Shown here piece after piece: positions 53,772-64,000 of a stretch of 64,000 nucleotides of DNA. The notes below the pieces were generated by a model. It was not told where the DNA came from. It saw only the letters and a list, made by a program, of their open reading frames with translations, and searched no databases. Position numbers and translations under genes: made by a program. The DNA comes from Rebecca billardiae RCC1528 (taxonomy: Eukaryota > Protista > Haptophyta), in NCBI GenBank assembly GCA_965240325.2, contig OZ251230.1, positions 682,001 to 746,000 on the forward strand, written 5' to 3'. Numbering within the stretch: the first letter of the stretch is position 1; every line of letters starts with the position of its first letter.

Positions 53772-56700
53772 ATGGCGGAGGCCGGGCGGACGGCGTGCAC
53801 GTACACGATCGGGGGCGTGCGGGTCGAGTTCCCCCGGCGCGCCTACTCGACGCAGCTCGCGATGATGAACCATATCGTCCGTGCGCTGTCGCACCGCGAG
53901 CACGGCCTGCTCGAGCTCCCGACGGGCTCGGGCAAGTCGCTCGCGCTCGTGTGCTCGGCGCTCGCGTGGCAGCGGCACGAGGCCGCAGCGGCGCTGGCGC
54001 GCGACGGCGAGGAGGGGCGCAAGGCGCGGCGCGGCCCGCGGGTGGTGATTGCGAGCCGCACGCACAGCCAGCTCAAGCAGCTCGTCCGCGAGCTGCGCCG
54101 GACGGCGTACCGGCCGCGCGTGGTGGTCCTTGGCTCGCGCGAGCAGCTGTGCACGAGCAAGGCGGCGCGCGCGGCGGCGAGGGGGCCGAGCTGCGGGCTG
54201 AAGGAGGCGTGCGAGCGCGCGCTGCACGATGGCAGCTGCTCGCAGTTCCGCGCAGCCGGCCGCCTCCGCCACGCCCCCGCGCTCGAGCCCGAGCACGTGC
54301 CGGACATCGAGGACGTGGTGGCGGCCGCGCAGCGCGCGCGCGCATGCGCCTACTTTGGCACGCGGCTGCGCATGCACGACGCGGAGGTGCTGCTGTGCCC
54401 GTACAACTACATCTTCGACCCGAGCGTGCGCGCCGCCTCCGAGCTCGACGCGTGGCTCAAGGACGCCGCCATCCTGATCGACGAGGCGCACAACGTCGAG
54501 GACGTGTGCCGAGAGGCGGCGAGCGCCGAGCTGAGCGCGCGCGCGCTGCGCGACGCTGCGGTCGGGCTGCAGGCCGCGCGCGAGCGCGAGGGGGACGAGG
54601 GCGGCGGCGCGGCGGGGCCCGAGCTGCTCGAGGCCATCGAGGCCGTCCAGCTCGTCGTCGAAGGCCTCACCCACTGGCTCGCCGCCGCCGAGCCCAAGCT
54701 GCGCCCGAGCGGGTACGAGCGCGAGGCGCACGTGTGCACGGGCGGGGAGCTGGTGCGCGGGCTGGCGGAGGCGGGGCTGCGCGTCGAGAGCTGGGCGCTC
54801 GTGCGCGAGAGCTGGGCGCGCGTGCGCGCTCGCGCGGCCGAGAGCGGCGCCGGCCCGAGCGCCGCCGACGCCGACGGCTCGGACGGCGAGGGCGAGCCGA
54901 GCGGCGCGGGCGCGGGGCGAGCGCGCGCCGGCAGGCCGGGCGGCGCGGCGCAGGCCGAGGGCAGCGCGGAGCTGCTGCCGCGCGGTGTGCTCGCGACACT
55001 CTCGTCGCTGTTCACCGTGCTCGGCTTCATGCTCGCCGCGCCCGAGTCCGACGCCGCGCGTGCGGACGCGGCCGGCGGCAAGTGGGCGGCGCCCGCCTCC
55101 CTCAGCCACTACGCGTGCGCCTTTGTGCGGGAGCTCGGCGCGCCGCCGCCGGGGGCGGGCGGGCGGGCGGGCGGCGGCGGCGGCGGCGGCGGCGGCGCGG
55201 GCGAGCTCACGCTGGCGTTCTGGTGCCAGCACGCCGCCGTCGCCTTTGCGCCCGTGCGCGCGCTCGCGCGCTCGATCGTGCTCACCTCGGGCACGCTCTC
55301 CCCGCTGCCCTCTCTGGGCTCGGAGCTGGGCACGCACTTTGGCAGCACGCTGCAGGCGGGGCACGTGGTCCCGGCGGACGCGGTGTGCGCGCTCACGCTC
55401 GCGCACGGGCCCGGGGGCGGTGACGGCGCGCCCGACGTGCGGCTCACGGCGGACTACCAGCACGCCGAGTCGGCGGAATTCCAGGACGCGCTCGGCCGGC
55501 TGCTGCTCGGCCTTGTGCTGGTTGTGCCCGGGAACCTCCTCGTGTTCCTGCCCTCGTACGCGCTGCTGCACAAGCTGTGGGCGCGCTGGGGGGACACAGG
55601 CGTGCGCGGCGCGATCGGCCAGCACAAGCAGATGCTGCGCGAGCCGCGCCGCGCGGACGAGCTCGGCGCCGTGCTGCAGCGCTTCCGCGACGCGCCCGAG
55701 GCGACGTCCGTCGTGCGCGGCGCGCGCGGCGCGTCGTCGCGCGCGGGCGGCGCGGGCGCCATGCTGCTCGCCGTGTACCGGGGCAAGGTGGCGGAGGGCA
55801 TCGACTTCTCGGACGAGCTGTGCCGCGCGGTGGTCGCGGTCGGGCTGCCCTTCCCGCACGCGAGGGAGCTGCGCGTGCAGCTCAAGCGGCAGCACGCAGA
55901 CGCGCGGCGCGCGGCGCACGGCACAAGGCCGACCGCGGCGGCCGGCGGCGCGAGCACCGGCTCGTGCGCGCCGCCCGCGCTGGCCGGCGGCTTCGTGCCC
56001 GCGCCGACAACGGGCGCGGCTGCGCTGGCGCCCTCAGCCGCGGGCGGCGCGGCGCGGGCCGCCAGGCTGGGCGCCGCTCCTCCAGCCGCGGCGGCGCCGC
56101 TCGGCGGCGGCGCGTGGTATGCTCAGCAGGCCCACCGCGCGCTCAACCAGGCAGTGGGCCGCGTCGTGCGGCACGTCGCGGACGTTGGCGCGCTGCTGCT
56201 CGTCGACGCGCGGCACCAGCAAGGCGACGCGTCCGCGGTGCGCGCGCTCTCCAAGTGGCTGCAGCCGCGCGTGCGCCACGCGCGCTCCTCCGCGGACGCG
56301 CTCGAGCGCGTACGCGCCTTCTTCGAAGCGATGGAGGCGCGGGGCGAGGGCGCGGCGCAGCAGCGGCTGCGGGCGCCCCCTGCTTGCGTGGCAGCCGCGA
56401 CGAGCTCCGTCGCGCCCACCGCCGCGCTGCGCGAGGTGCAGCCGGCGGTGGCTGCCGTCAGGCCGCCGCCCGGCGCTGCCGAGGACGCGTGCGCACCCGC
56501 GCCGCGCGTCGCGCCTCGCGCGCACATCGAGCCGGCTGCAGAGGTGACAGCGGCGACAGCGCGAGCGCCGCCCTTCTGTCCGACCACCGCCGACACCGCC
56601 ACGGCCATGGCGCCGGCCTCGGGTGCACGCACGCTCGTGGAGCAGCGAGCGGGCGTGCCAACGAGGCCGCCGCCCGGCACGGAGTGCTGCAGCAAGTCGG

Positions 56701-56825
56701 ACAGCGACGATGACTTCCAGCGCACGCCCAGCTTTGCGGCGCCGACCGCGCGTGCCTCGCGCGGCGGCACGCAGCCGACACAGCAGCAGCCCCGGGCGAA
56801 GAAGGCGCGCAGGTCGCAGTCGTGA
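53772..56825 (+). CDS. BRIP1: FANCJ/BRIP1-like Fe-S DEAH helicase (XPD family)
   Basis: YTIGGVRVEFP..AY.TQLAMM; LELPTGSGKSLAL; ASRTHSQL; Fe-S cysteines; CPYNY; DEAHN; LTSGTLSP; RGKVAEGIDFSD; RALNQAVGRVVRH. An RTEL1 identity is not fully excluded. Confidence 0.88.
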   Translation: MAEAGRTACTYTIGGVRVEFPRRAYSTQLAMMNHIVRALSHREHGLLELPTGSGKSLALVCSALAWQRHEAAAALARDGEEGRKARRGPRVVIASRTHSQLKQLVRELRRTAYRPRVVVLGSREQLCTSKAARAAARGPSCGLKEACERALHDGSCSQFRAAGRLRHAPALEPEHVPDIEDVVAAAQRARACAYFGTRLRMHDAEVLLCPYNYIFDPSVRAASELDAWLKDAAILIDEAHNVEDVCREAASAELSARALRDAAVGLQAAREREGDEGGGAAGPELLEAIEAVQLVVEGLTHWLAAAEPKLRPSGYEREAHVCTGGELVRGLAEAGLRVESWALVRESWARVRARAAESGAGPSAADADGSDGEGEPSGAGAGRARAGRPGGAAQAEGSAELLPRGVLATLSSLFTVLGFMLAAPESDAARADAAGGKWAAPASLSHYACAFVRELGAPPPGAGGRAGGGGGGGGGAGELTLAFWCQHAAVAFAPVRALARSIVLTSGTLSPLPSLGSELGTHFGSTLQAGHVVPADAVCALTLAHGPGGGDGAPDVRLTADYQHAESAEFQDALGRLLLGLVLVVPGNLLVFLPSYALLHKLWARWGDTGVRGAIGQHKQMLREPRRADELGAVLQRFRDAPEATSVVRGARGASSRAGGAGAMLLAVYRGKVAEGIDFSDELCRAVVAVGLPFPHARELRVQLKRQHADARRAAHGTRPTAAAGGASTGSCAPPALAGGFVPAPTTGAAALAPSAAGGAARAARLGAAPPAAAAPLGGGAWYAQQAHRALNQAVGRVVRHVADVGALLLVDARHQQGDASAVRALSKWLQPRVRHARSSADALERVRAFFEAMEARGEGAAQQRLRAPPACVAAATSSVAPTAALREVQPAVAAVRPPPGAAEDACAPAPRVAPRAHIEPAAEVTAATARAPPFCPTTADTATAMAPASGARTLVEQRAGVPTRPPPGTECCSKSDSDDDFQRTPSFAAPTARASRGGTQPTQQQPRAKKARRSQS

Positions 56826-56957
56826 CGGGGCGCGTGGGTGGGCGGGGCCAAGGCGGCCCGGCGCCTCCATCGTGCAAGCATTTGTTGTGAACGTGATCGC
56901 GTCGCAAAATACGACGACGTTAATTACAATCCATTAAACTCGCGGCATACTTGCAGC

Positions 56958-57818
56958 ATGGCGGCGCGCTCGCGTCTCGGCGCGATCGCCCTGCTGGCGC
57001 TCGCGCAGCTGTCGGTCGGCGCCGTGCGGCCGGAGCTCCGCCTCTCGCGTCGCGCGTGGTCCGCCTCCCTCGGCGCCTGCTACTTCGCCTCCGCCTCGCC
57101 GGTCGCCGCGCGAGAGCGCGCGCAGAACGCCAAGTCGTTTGGCATCGTGACGTGGGGCGGCTCCGAGCGGTGCGACCCGACCGATGCGGCGTGCAGGCAG
57201 GGCGGCCGCGTCGTCGAGGCGGGCGAGATCGCCCTCCGCGTGCCCGAGCCCCGCGCCGCCGTGACCGACCGCGCAATGCTCGACCTCTCGCTCGACCGCA
57301 AGCCGGCGGGCACCTTCGCCCTCGGCCTGTACGGCGCCGAGTGCCCGCGCTCGGTCGAGACGTTCCTCTCGCTGTGCCGCGGCGACCTCGCCACGCGCGT
57401 GGGCGAGGCGCCGGCCGGGTACGCCGGGTCCTCGATCGTGCGGATCGACCGTGGCAAGTCCGCCGTGGGCGGCGGCCTCACGCAGGCGGGCGGCATGGCC
57501 GAGCTGGTCCTCGGCGAGACGAAGCCTCGGTTCCAGCCCGTCGTGCCGGCGCCCAACGACGAGCCGGGCGTGGGCGGCCACGACGCGCCGGGCCTGCTCT
57601 CGATGCGGCGCGGCGGGGGCGCCGTCGAGTACATGCTCACGCTGGGGCCCGGGCCCAGCCGTGACCTCGACCGCGAGTGGATCGTGATCGGGCAGGTGCT
57701 CGACAGCGCATCCCTCGAGCTGCTCGCGCGCCTCAACCTGCTTCCGGTCAACAGGTACGGCGCCAACCCGCTGGTCAAGACGAGCATCACCGCGTGCCGC
57801 GTGCAGCCGGGCAGCTGA
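56958..57818 (+). CDS. Divergent cyclophilin-type PPIase, probably thylakoid-lumenal
   Basis: Signal peptide plus twin-Arg SRR; VTDRAMLDL; GLYGAECPRSVETFLSLC; HDAPGLLSM; VIGQVL. Confidence 0.8.
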   Translation: MAARSRLGAIALLALAQLSVGAVRPELRLSRRAWSASLGACYFASASPVAARERAQNAKSFGIVTWGGSERCDPTDAACRQGGRVVEAGEIALRVPEPRAAVTDRAMLDLSLDRKPAGTFALGLYGAECPRSVETFLSLCRGDLATRVGEAPAGYAGSSIVRIDRGKSAVGGGLTQAGGMAELVLGETKPRFQPVVPAPNDEPGVGGHDAPGLLSMRRGGGAVEYMLTLGPGPSRDLDREWIVIGQVLDSASLELLARLNLLPVNRYGANPLVKTSITACRVQPGS

Positions 57819-58266
57819 GCCGTGCCCGCGGCGGCATGATGGTGCGTGGCCGGGGCAGGGGGGGTCATCACCAGCGCGGTCAAACTCATACCGAGCAGTA
57901 CCGTCGGTTCCGTCGACGGCATGGAGCAGAGACTACAGTACACAGACGACAGGCGTCTCACGTGACACGTCCGTGAGTGACGGCGCTCGCGCGCCAGTCG
58001 GGCTCGGCGACACTCAGTCTCAGTCGTCGTCGCTCTGGCGTCCGGACAGCATATTTAGTCTTACGACGATGACCGAGCGACTGCTACGGCTGCTGCTAAG
58101 ACTGCTGCGCGCCGTAGTCAGCACTGCGCTACCGCCACTAACACTTGACGACCGGTCAGCCGCCATCACGGCCGCCTGGTTGGACTTGGAGCAGCCGAGC
58201 CGGCGCTCGCGGCCTGGCCTGGAGAGTGGAGGCCTGGAGGCCTGGACTGCCCGCCGCTCACTGCGC

Positions 58267-61200
58267 TCAAACGCGCATGAATTTCGCGTGCTCCTCGCCG
58301 CGCGTAAGCAGCTTCTCCGAGTCGTCCTTCTTGGCGACGGTGCTCACGTTGTAAATGGACGTGCGCTGCCACGACGCGGCGCCGCACTCGCGGCAGCCCT
58401 GTGTCGGGAAGACGGCCCCGAGCGTGTGCGTGCGCACATTGGGGCAGTTGGCGCAGCGGAACTTGCGCTTGGTCACCTGCTGCTGGCTCAGCGTGTGCCC
58501 GCGCTGCACGCACGGCTCGCGCAGGCCCTCGCACACGTTGCTGCACTCCTTGCAGTGCAGCGCGCTCACCGTCATCTCCTTCACCTTCTCCTGCCTGCCC
58601 GCGGCCGCCTCCTTCTTCTCGAGCACGCCCAGCCGGCGGTCAAAGCGTGCGCGCTCCTCCCAGTCCGCCTCCGCCGCGTGCATCGAGCGCGTGCCGAGCA
58701 CGTCCGCGAGCGAGTCCTCGGTCAGGGCGCCGAACAGCCCGCCGCGCGCTGGCTCGGGCTGGGCGCCCGGCTTGGGCGCGGGCTTGGGCGCGGGCGGGTG
58801 CGGCGCCGGAGCACCGCTCGGCCGGGCGGGCGCGGCGGCGCTCGGCTGCTCGCGGCCGGGTGCGCGGCCGCCGGGCGGCGGCTGCGGCGCGGCCTGCGGC
58901 GCGGCCATGCGCGCCAGCTTGGCGCCCCGCTGACCGCCCCCCGCGCTTCCGTTGGGGAGCAGGCTCATCGGCGTCGGCGGGCGCTCCCGCTTGCGCTCCT
59001 GCGAGGCTGCCCCGGCCCCCTGCGCGCCCTGGCCGCCCTGCAGCGCGCGCGCACGGCCATCCGCAGGGCGCCCCGGCTGCGCCGCGCGCCCGGCGCCGCC
59101 GCCGAGCTGCGCGTCCTGCGCAATCCGGACCCTGCCCTCACGCACGGCGGCGGCGGCGGCGCTCGCAGCCTGCTGCGCCCGGGCGCGATTGGGCGAGAGC
59201 GTCTCGGCCCCACGGCTGCCACCAGACCCGCCGGCCGGCGCCGGCGGTGCGCTCAGGCCGAGCCCAGCTGCGCCCGCGCTCGCGTCGTCCAGTGGCCTGG
59301 GCACTCGCGGCGCCGACGGCTGCGCGGAGGCCGCGGGCGCGCGCGGCGCGCCGTGGGCCGTGGGCGCGCGCGGCGGCCGTGGGGCGTGCGCGGGCCTCGG
59401 CGCCTCGGCTGGCGCCCCCGTGCGCTCCGCGAGCCCCGGGGTCGCCAAGCCGACGCCCGCGGCGGCGGCAGCCTGCACGTCGGCCCCCGAGGCGCGCGGC
59501 GGCACCTTGGCCTGTGCAAACGAGGCGGCGCTGGGCTTGCGCAGCGCCGCGCCATCCGTCGGGCGCGCGCTGCCGTGGCGCGCGCCGCCGCCAACGCCGG
59601 CCGCGGCCGACGGCGCAGCCGATGCTGCCCGTGCTGCGCCACCCGCGCCGCCGGATGCGGGGCGCTCGGCCTTGGCCGCAGCGTGCGGGCGATCAGCCGC
59701 CGAATGCCCGGCGCCGCCGGTGCCGCCGCTCGCGCGCGCGCGCGCCGCCGCCGCCGCGGCGGATCGCGAGTCGGCTGCGGGCCGAGCGCCCGCGCCCACG
59801 CGCTCGGAGGCGGGCAAGGGCGGCGCCACCGGCTCGTACGCGCCCAGATCGAAGCCCCTCTGCTTGAGCTGCGTCTTCAGCACGCCCAGCTGGCGGCGCA
59901 GGTCCGCATTTTCAAACAGGAGCGCTTTGACCTGCTTGTGCAGAGAGATGATCGTCTCGTTCGAGCCCGCGGGCGGGCGCGGGCCCGCGCCGCCCGCGGC
60001 GGCGGAGGCACCACTCGCGCCGCGGGCGCCGCCGTGGGCGCCCGTGCTCCAGCTGGGGTTGGCCATAGCCGCGCCAGGCGTGCCCGCGCCCGCGCCGCGC
60101 CCGGCCGCGGGCAGCGAGCTCGAGCGCTTGTTCGCCGCCGAGGTGCCGCCCGCCGCCCGGATCTCCTGCGAGAGATGGTAGTGGCAGAACTGCCCCTCGC
60201 TCTTGTTGATGGCCACCCCGCACGGCTTGCCGTCCTTGCGCATCCCCCTGCACTGCCCAAAGTGCACCGCCTCGCCCAGCTGCACGAGCTGCGTCCGCTT
60301 CGAGATGGAGAGCGTGCAGCGCTTGCCCGCCTTCGACGGCAGCCGCAGGTCCGCTCCGACGATCGCGATCACGGGACCGGGCTCCAGCCGCCAGTACGAC
60401 TCGCACGCGTCGCCGAAGAGCATGAGCAGGAGCCCGGGGCAGTGGCCGCGCAGCGAGCTCACGCTGCACTTCACCATCTTGCCCCCGTTCTGCGTCGTCT
60501 CCGTCATGCCGCGCTCGGTGAGCACGCCGAGCGTCAGCCAGCCGTCAGCGGGCGGGCGCGAGCTGGGCCCGAGGTCGGCGAGATCGTCGAGGCGGATGTA
60601 CTCGTGCCCGCGCACGAGGGCGTCGACCTCGGCGGCGGAGATCTTGCGGCTGCGCAGCTCGAGCTTCGTGTACTTCTCGACCATGAGCTGCGACGTGAGC
60701 GCAGGCCGAGCGAGGCCGCCCGCGCGCGCCGGGGCCGGGGGAGGCGCGGCGCGCGCGGGCGGCGCGCTGGCCTCGCGCGCCGCGCGCTCGGCACTTCCCG
60801 CGCCCGCGGGCACGCCCTGCCGAGGCGGCGGGGGCTGCCCGGCGGGGGCTGCGCGCGGAGCGGGCTCGGCTGCGCCCCGTGGCTCGTCGTGTGCGACGAC
60901 GAGCTCCTCCTCCTCGTCGCTCGCCGCCTCGAGCGCGTCCAGCAGGTCGTCGTCGCTGTCGTCGAGCCGCGCGGCCGCCGCCGACGCGCCTTCCTCGGCG
61001 TCGTCGCCGTGCGCGAGTGCGTCCAGGAGCGCCTCCTCGTCCTCGCTGGCACCGTCGCCCTCGCCAACCACCGCGGCATGGCCGTCATCCCGATCGGCGG
61101 GCGCGAGGATCGGCGGCTCGGAGTCGAGCTGGTCCACCTCGCCAGCGTGCCACGCGGGCGCGCAGCCCTCGCCATCGAGGACGTGCTCGCCATCGTCCTC

Positions 61201-61443
61201 CTCCTCCTCCTCGCGTGCGAGGACCTCGAGCATCGCTTCGTCGTCATCCTCGTCCTCGTCCCACGGCTCCTCGCCCTTCCGCTCGTGCGGCTGCGGCACG
61301 TCCCCGCTTGCTGCCGCTGCGGCCGCTTCGAAGTCGTGCTGCTCGTCGGCCGCCTCTACGCATGCGAGCGCCTCGAGCATCGCGGCCTCGTCCTCCTCGT
61401 CGACACCGCGCGGCTCATCCTTCCGCTCGTGCGGCTGCGCCAT
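58267..61443 (-). CDS. MCM10: MCM10 replication initiation factor with a C-terminal zinc domain
   Basis: EKYTKLELRSRKIS; WLTLGVL; LMLFGDA; FGQCRGMRKDGKPC..INKSEGQFCHYH (CCCH); C-terminal LEKKE, CKEC..C..GH..KRKFRCANC..CRECG..W.R. Confidence 0.92.
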   Translation of the reverse strand: MAQPHERKDEPRGVDEEDEAAMLEALACVEAADEQHDFEAAAAAASGDVPQPHERKGEEPWDEDEDDDEAMLEVLAREEEEEDDGEHVLDGEGCAPAWHAGEVDQLDSEPPILAPADRDDGHAAVVGEGDGASEDEEALLDALAHGDDAEEGASAAAARLDDSDDDLLDALEAASDEEEELVVAHDEPRGAAEPAPRAAPAGQPPPPRQGVPAGAGSAERAAREASAPPARAAPPPAPARAGGLARPALTSQLMVEKYTKLELRSRKISAAEVDALVRGHEYIRLDDLADLGPSSRPPADGWLTLGVLTERGMTETTQNGGKMVKCSVSSLRGHCPGLLLMLFGDACESYWRLEPGPVIAIVGADLRLPSKAGKRCTLSISKRTQLVQLGEAVHFGQCRGMRKDGKPCGVAINKSEGQFCHYHLSQEIRAAGGTSAANKRSSSLPAAGRGAGAGTPGAAMANPSWSTGAHGGARGASGASAAAGGAGPRPPAGSNETIISLHKQVKALLFENADLRRQLGVLKTQLKQRGFDLGAYEPVAPPLPASERVGAGARPAADSRSAAAAAARARASGGTGGAGHSAADRPHAAAKAERPASGGAGGAARAASAAPSAAAGVGGGARHGSARPTDGAALRKPSAASFAQAKVPPRASGADVQAAAAAGVGLATPGLAERTGAPAEAPRPAHAPRPPRAPTAHGAPRAPAASAQPSAPRVPRPLDDASAGAAGLGLSAPPAPAGGSGGSRGAETLSPNRARAQQAASAAAAAVREGRVRIAQDAQLGGGAGRAAQPGRPADGRARALQGGQGAQGAGAASQERKRERPPTPMSLLPNGSAGGGQRGAKLARMAAPQAAPQPPPGGRAPGREQPSAAAPARPSGAPAPHPPAPKPAPKPGAQPEPARGGLFGALTEDSLADVLGTRSMHAAEADWEERARFDRRLGVLEKKEAAAGRQEKVKEMTVSALHCKECSNVCEGLREPCVQRGHTLSQQQVTKRKFRCANCPNVRTHTLGAVFPTQGCRECGAASWQRTSIYNVSTVAKKDDSEKLLTRGEEHAKFMRV

Positions 61444-61722
61444 ATGCCACCAGCTCCGCTCCCGCAACTCCTACACCCTCACCTCGCCAAGCGCGCCCAC
61501 CGCCTTCGTGTTGAACGATGAGCCCCAAAACGAGACGAGCGCCGAGCGGCCAACGGTCAGCCTTGATCAAGCCGCTAATGTGGATCCGGATCCACATGTT
61601 TACAGCCCGGACACCAGAATTCAGAATGGAGAATGGAATGCATCGCGCAGCAAATTGCGCCGCGACGGCCGCGTTGTTCGACAGCGCTGTCTCGTCGCTG
61701 GCCGGCGGCGCCAGGCGGCGCG

Positions 61723-62833
61723 ATGCGCACCACGAGCGCGCCGGTGGCGGGCGTGGCGGCGTCGATGCTCCTTGCCTGCCTCGTGGGCACGATCCGTGGC
61801 GCCAACATCCACGAGCCGCACCCGCATACGGGCGTGCTCACGCCGTACGTGAACGGGCCGATGAAAATCGACCTGAGCAGCGCCGACTTGAAACGTGCGG
61901 CCGCTCCCAGCCCTGAGTGCGCGCGCGCTCGGTGCCCGCCCTGACGGCACGTCCGCGCGTTCCCACCCATCCCCACCAGAGCTCGAGACGGGCAAGGCGG
62001 TGATGCGCATGAACGCGGCCAAGACGTCCGGCGTGGCCGTGCAGGACGTGGACGCGCCGGTCGACGTTGTGCTCGCGCAGATCAACGACGTGGAGGCGTA
62101 CGTGGGCAAGGTGCAGAACTTGGCGTCCACGAAGAACTACGCGAAGAAGACGCGCGGGGACGGCTCGCTCGAGATCCGCAGCACGTACGTGCTCAACATC
62201 GCGATGGGCTACAAGCTCGAGTACTTCATCCTGCACACGTACGTGCCCAAGCAACGGTGCGTCACCTGGACGCTCGACTACGCGCGGCACAGCGACCTGC
62301 ACGACTCGGTGGGGTACTGGCGCGCAGACCCGCACCCGGACGACCCCGCGCGCACGCGGCTGTTCTACTCGTCCTCCTCGCTGGTGAACGGCATGCCGCA
62401 GTTCGTCATGGACCTGCTCACGTCGCACGCGCTCAAGGCGTCCACCGCGTGGGTCAAGAAGCACTCGGAGCTCGCGGCCGGCGGCGGGGGCGCCAAGCCG
62501 CGCGCCGCGGCACCGGCGGCGCCCGCCGCCACGCCCGCGGTGCCGTCGGCCGTGCTCTCGTGGCGCTGCGCCTTCGCCCTCGACAACGAGGACGTCACCG
62601 ACCCGAGCGTCGTCGACGAATGTCGCGCCAACGGGAGCTCGACCGCGGCGGCAGGCGCGCAGCCGCTGCCCGCAGGGACCGGCTCTGCGACGCCGCGCGC
62701 GGCGAGCGGCGCGCAGTCCCTGCCGTTCAGCGCCGATAGCCCCAACTCGTGGCTGACCGTCCTCATGATCAGCTCGATGATCGTGCTGTACGCCACATCG
62801 CCCTACCAGCAGTTCCTCGTCGTCGCCTGCTGA
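61723..62833 (+). CDS. Secreted or membrane-anchored SRPBCC/START-like (cyclase/dehydrase fold) protein; intron 61895-61979
   Basis: Signal peptide; PHPHTG; WTLDYARHSDLHDSVGYW; AWVKKHSE; C-terminal hydrophobic segment. Confidence 0.65.
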
Positions 62834-63272
62834 AAGGCGCTGCCGCTGGCCAGCTGCCGCCGCCAGGCCGCTTGGGTGCTCGGGCTCGTGCAGCTTGCGC
62901 CGTTGCGTGGGTGGTCGATCGCGGGTTGTGCTTCCCACGCGGTGAGTCGAAGCTCCAGCGCGGGGTGTTGGGTTCGTCGCGTGCGCGTGCTCCGCTCAGG
63001 CCAGCGGCAGCGGCATCCGCCGCGCGGCGACGCCGTCCGGCCCAGCATCAATCGGCGGCGTGCGAACTGCGGTGCGACGCAACTACGCTGGCGCCGTGCC
63101 GCGTGTCACGAGTCAGAGCAGTGTGCGACGATCACAGAGTCACTGCGGCATGCAGGCACTCGCCACAGGTACGTATCGTGAGCAGCATTCATTAGCTATA
63201 GATAGGCGTCGTATTTTGCTGCTACTGCTACGATATATGCTCCAGCAGCACGATGTCATCAGCAGCAGCTCG

Positions 63273-63935
63273 TCAGTTGTCGCATTCAGCTGCTCGTGCC
63301 GTCCAGGAGGCAGCGAGCGCGCCACCGTCGGCCATCTTATTGTCCGCGAGAGCCGCCGCCTTGCGCGCCACCTTTGCGGTCGGGCGGAGCTCAAAGGCGG
63401 CCGTGTAATACCGCAGAGCATCGTCGACGCTCGCCTGCGGGGGCTCGCCAAAAAGTGCAGACGCAATTTTGCGCTCGATGAAGCTGATCTTCGCGACCTT
63501 GGCGCACCAATCGCCCAGCGCGTGCTGCACTGACGCGTCGGCTGGCAGCAGCTCAGCCGCGCGCTCCAGTGAACGGCGCACGGTGAAGGAGTTGGCGACC
63601 TTCTCCTTCGTGCTGACGAAATCGCTCAGCTTGCCGAGGAGGATCCCCGCCCACTTGTGCGCGTACCCGCTCGACGCGCCCACGGCGACCGCAGCGTCGG
63701 CGAGCTCGATCCCCGACCGGATCAGCTCCTCGCGCCGCGCCGCGTCATCGGCCGCCTGCTCGGACAGCTCGTAGCGCGCGCGCGCACGCCGCCAGAGGAG
63801 CTCGACGTCGTCAGCCGCGGGTGCAGCGGAGGCCTCCTGCTCGAGTAGTGCGTACAGCGCTTCGTATTCGCCCGCAGCGTGCATCTCGTCCGCGCGCGAG
63901 AAGCGCGCTGGGCTCTCTTCGAGGGGCGGTGCCAT
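63273..63935 (-). CDS. Regulator of microtubule dynamics (RMDN1/FAM82-like) TPR protein
   Basis: DVELLWRRARA; AHKWAGI; KEKVANSF; LGDWCAKVAKISFIERKIASALFGEPP.AS.DDAL. Confidence 0.88.
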   Translation of the reverse strand: MAPPLEESPARFSRADEMHAAGEYEALYALLEQEASAAPAADDVELLWRRARARYELSEQAADDAARREELIRSGIELADAAVAVGASSGYAHKWAGILLGKLSDFVSTKEKVANSFTVRRSLERAAELLPADASVQHALGDWCAKVAKISFIERKIASALFGEPPQASVDDALRYYTAAFELRPTAKVARKAAALADNKMADGGALAASWTARAAECDN

Positions 63936-64000
63936 CTGCCCACTCGGCCTCTCGAGGCTGGTCGCACTTCTGGCGTCAGGTGAGGCCGAGCCGTCCAGTG

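Overview
Very GC-rich, compact eukaryotic nuclear DNA with short GC-rich GT-AG introns, plastid-targeted proteins carrying signal peptides, and (TA)n microsatellites. This points to an alga with a complex plastid, probably a Pavlovales-like haptophyte (inference). About 20 protein genes were recognised from motifs: patatin/cPLA2-like lipase, GT77/XEG113-like transferase, ankyrin-BART-MAP3K kinase, CPI1, 2Fe-2S ferredoxin, MOG1, RAB3GAP1, a divergent RPE, SulP, PKR1, USP37-like DUB, ARM-IQ protein, CENP-C, FANCJ/BRIP1, a lumenal cyclophilin, MCM10, an SRPBCC protein and RMDN. Many sit in tight head-to-head pairs. Intergenic zones hold a truncated DIRS/Ngaro-like retroelement, a 140-bp satellite, Tc1/mariner-type TIR elements and footprints, an 823-bp foldback palindrome in a (TA)n tract, and a truncated CRE-like LINE. 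The most interesting candidates are: a CENP-C ending in an HMG box instead of a cupin; an RPE lacking two of four metal ligands; an in-frame UAG gag-pol junction in the DIRS-like element; a self-targeting, cargo-carrying Tc1-type element; and the spacerless foldback element. All calls come from motif recognition by eye; no searches were run.
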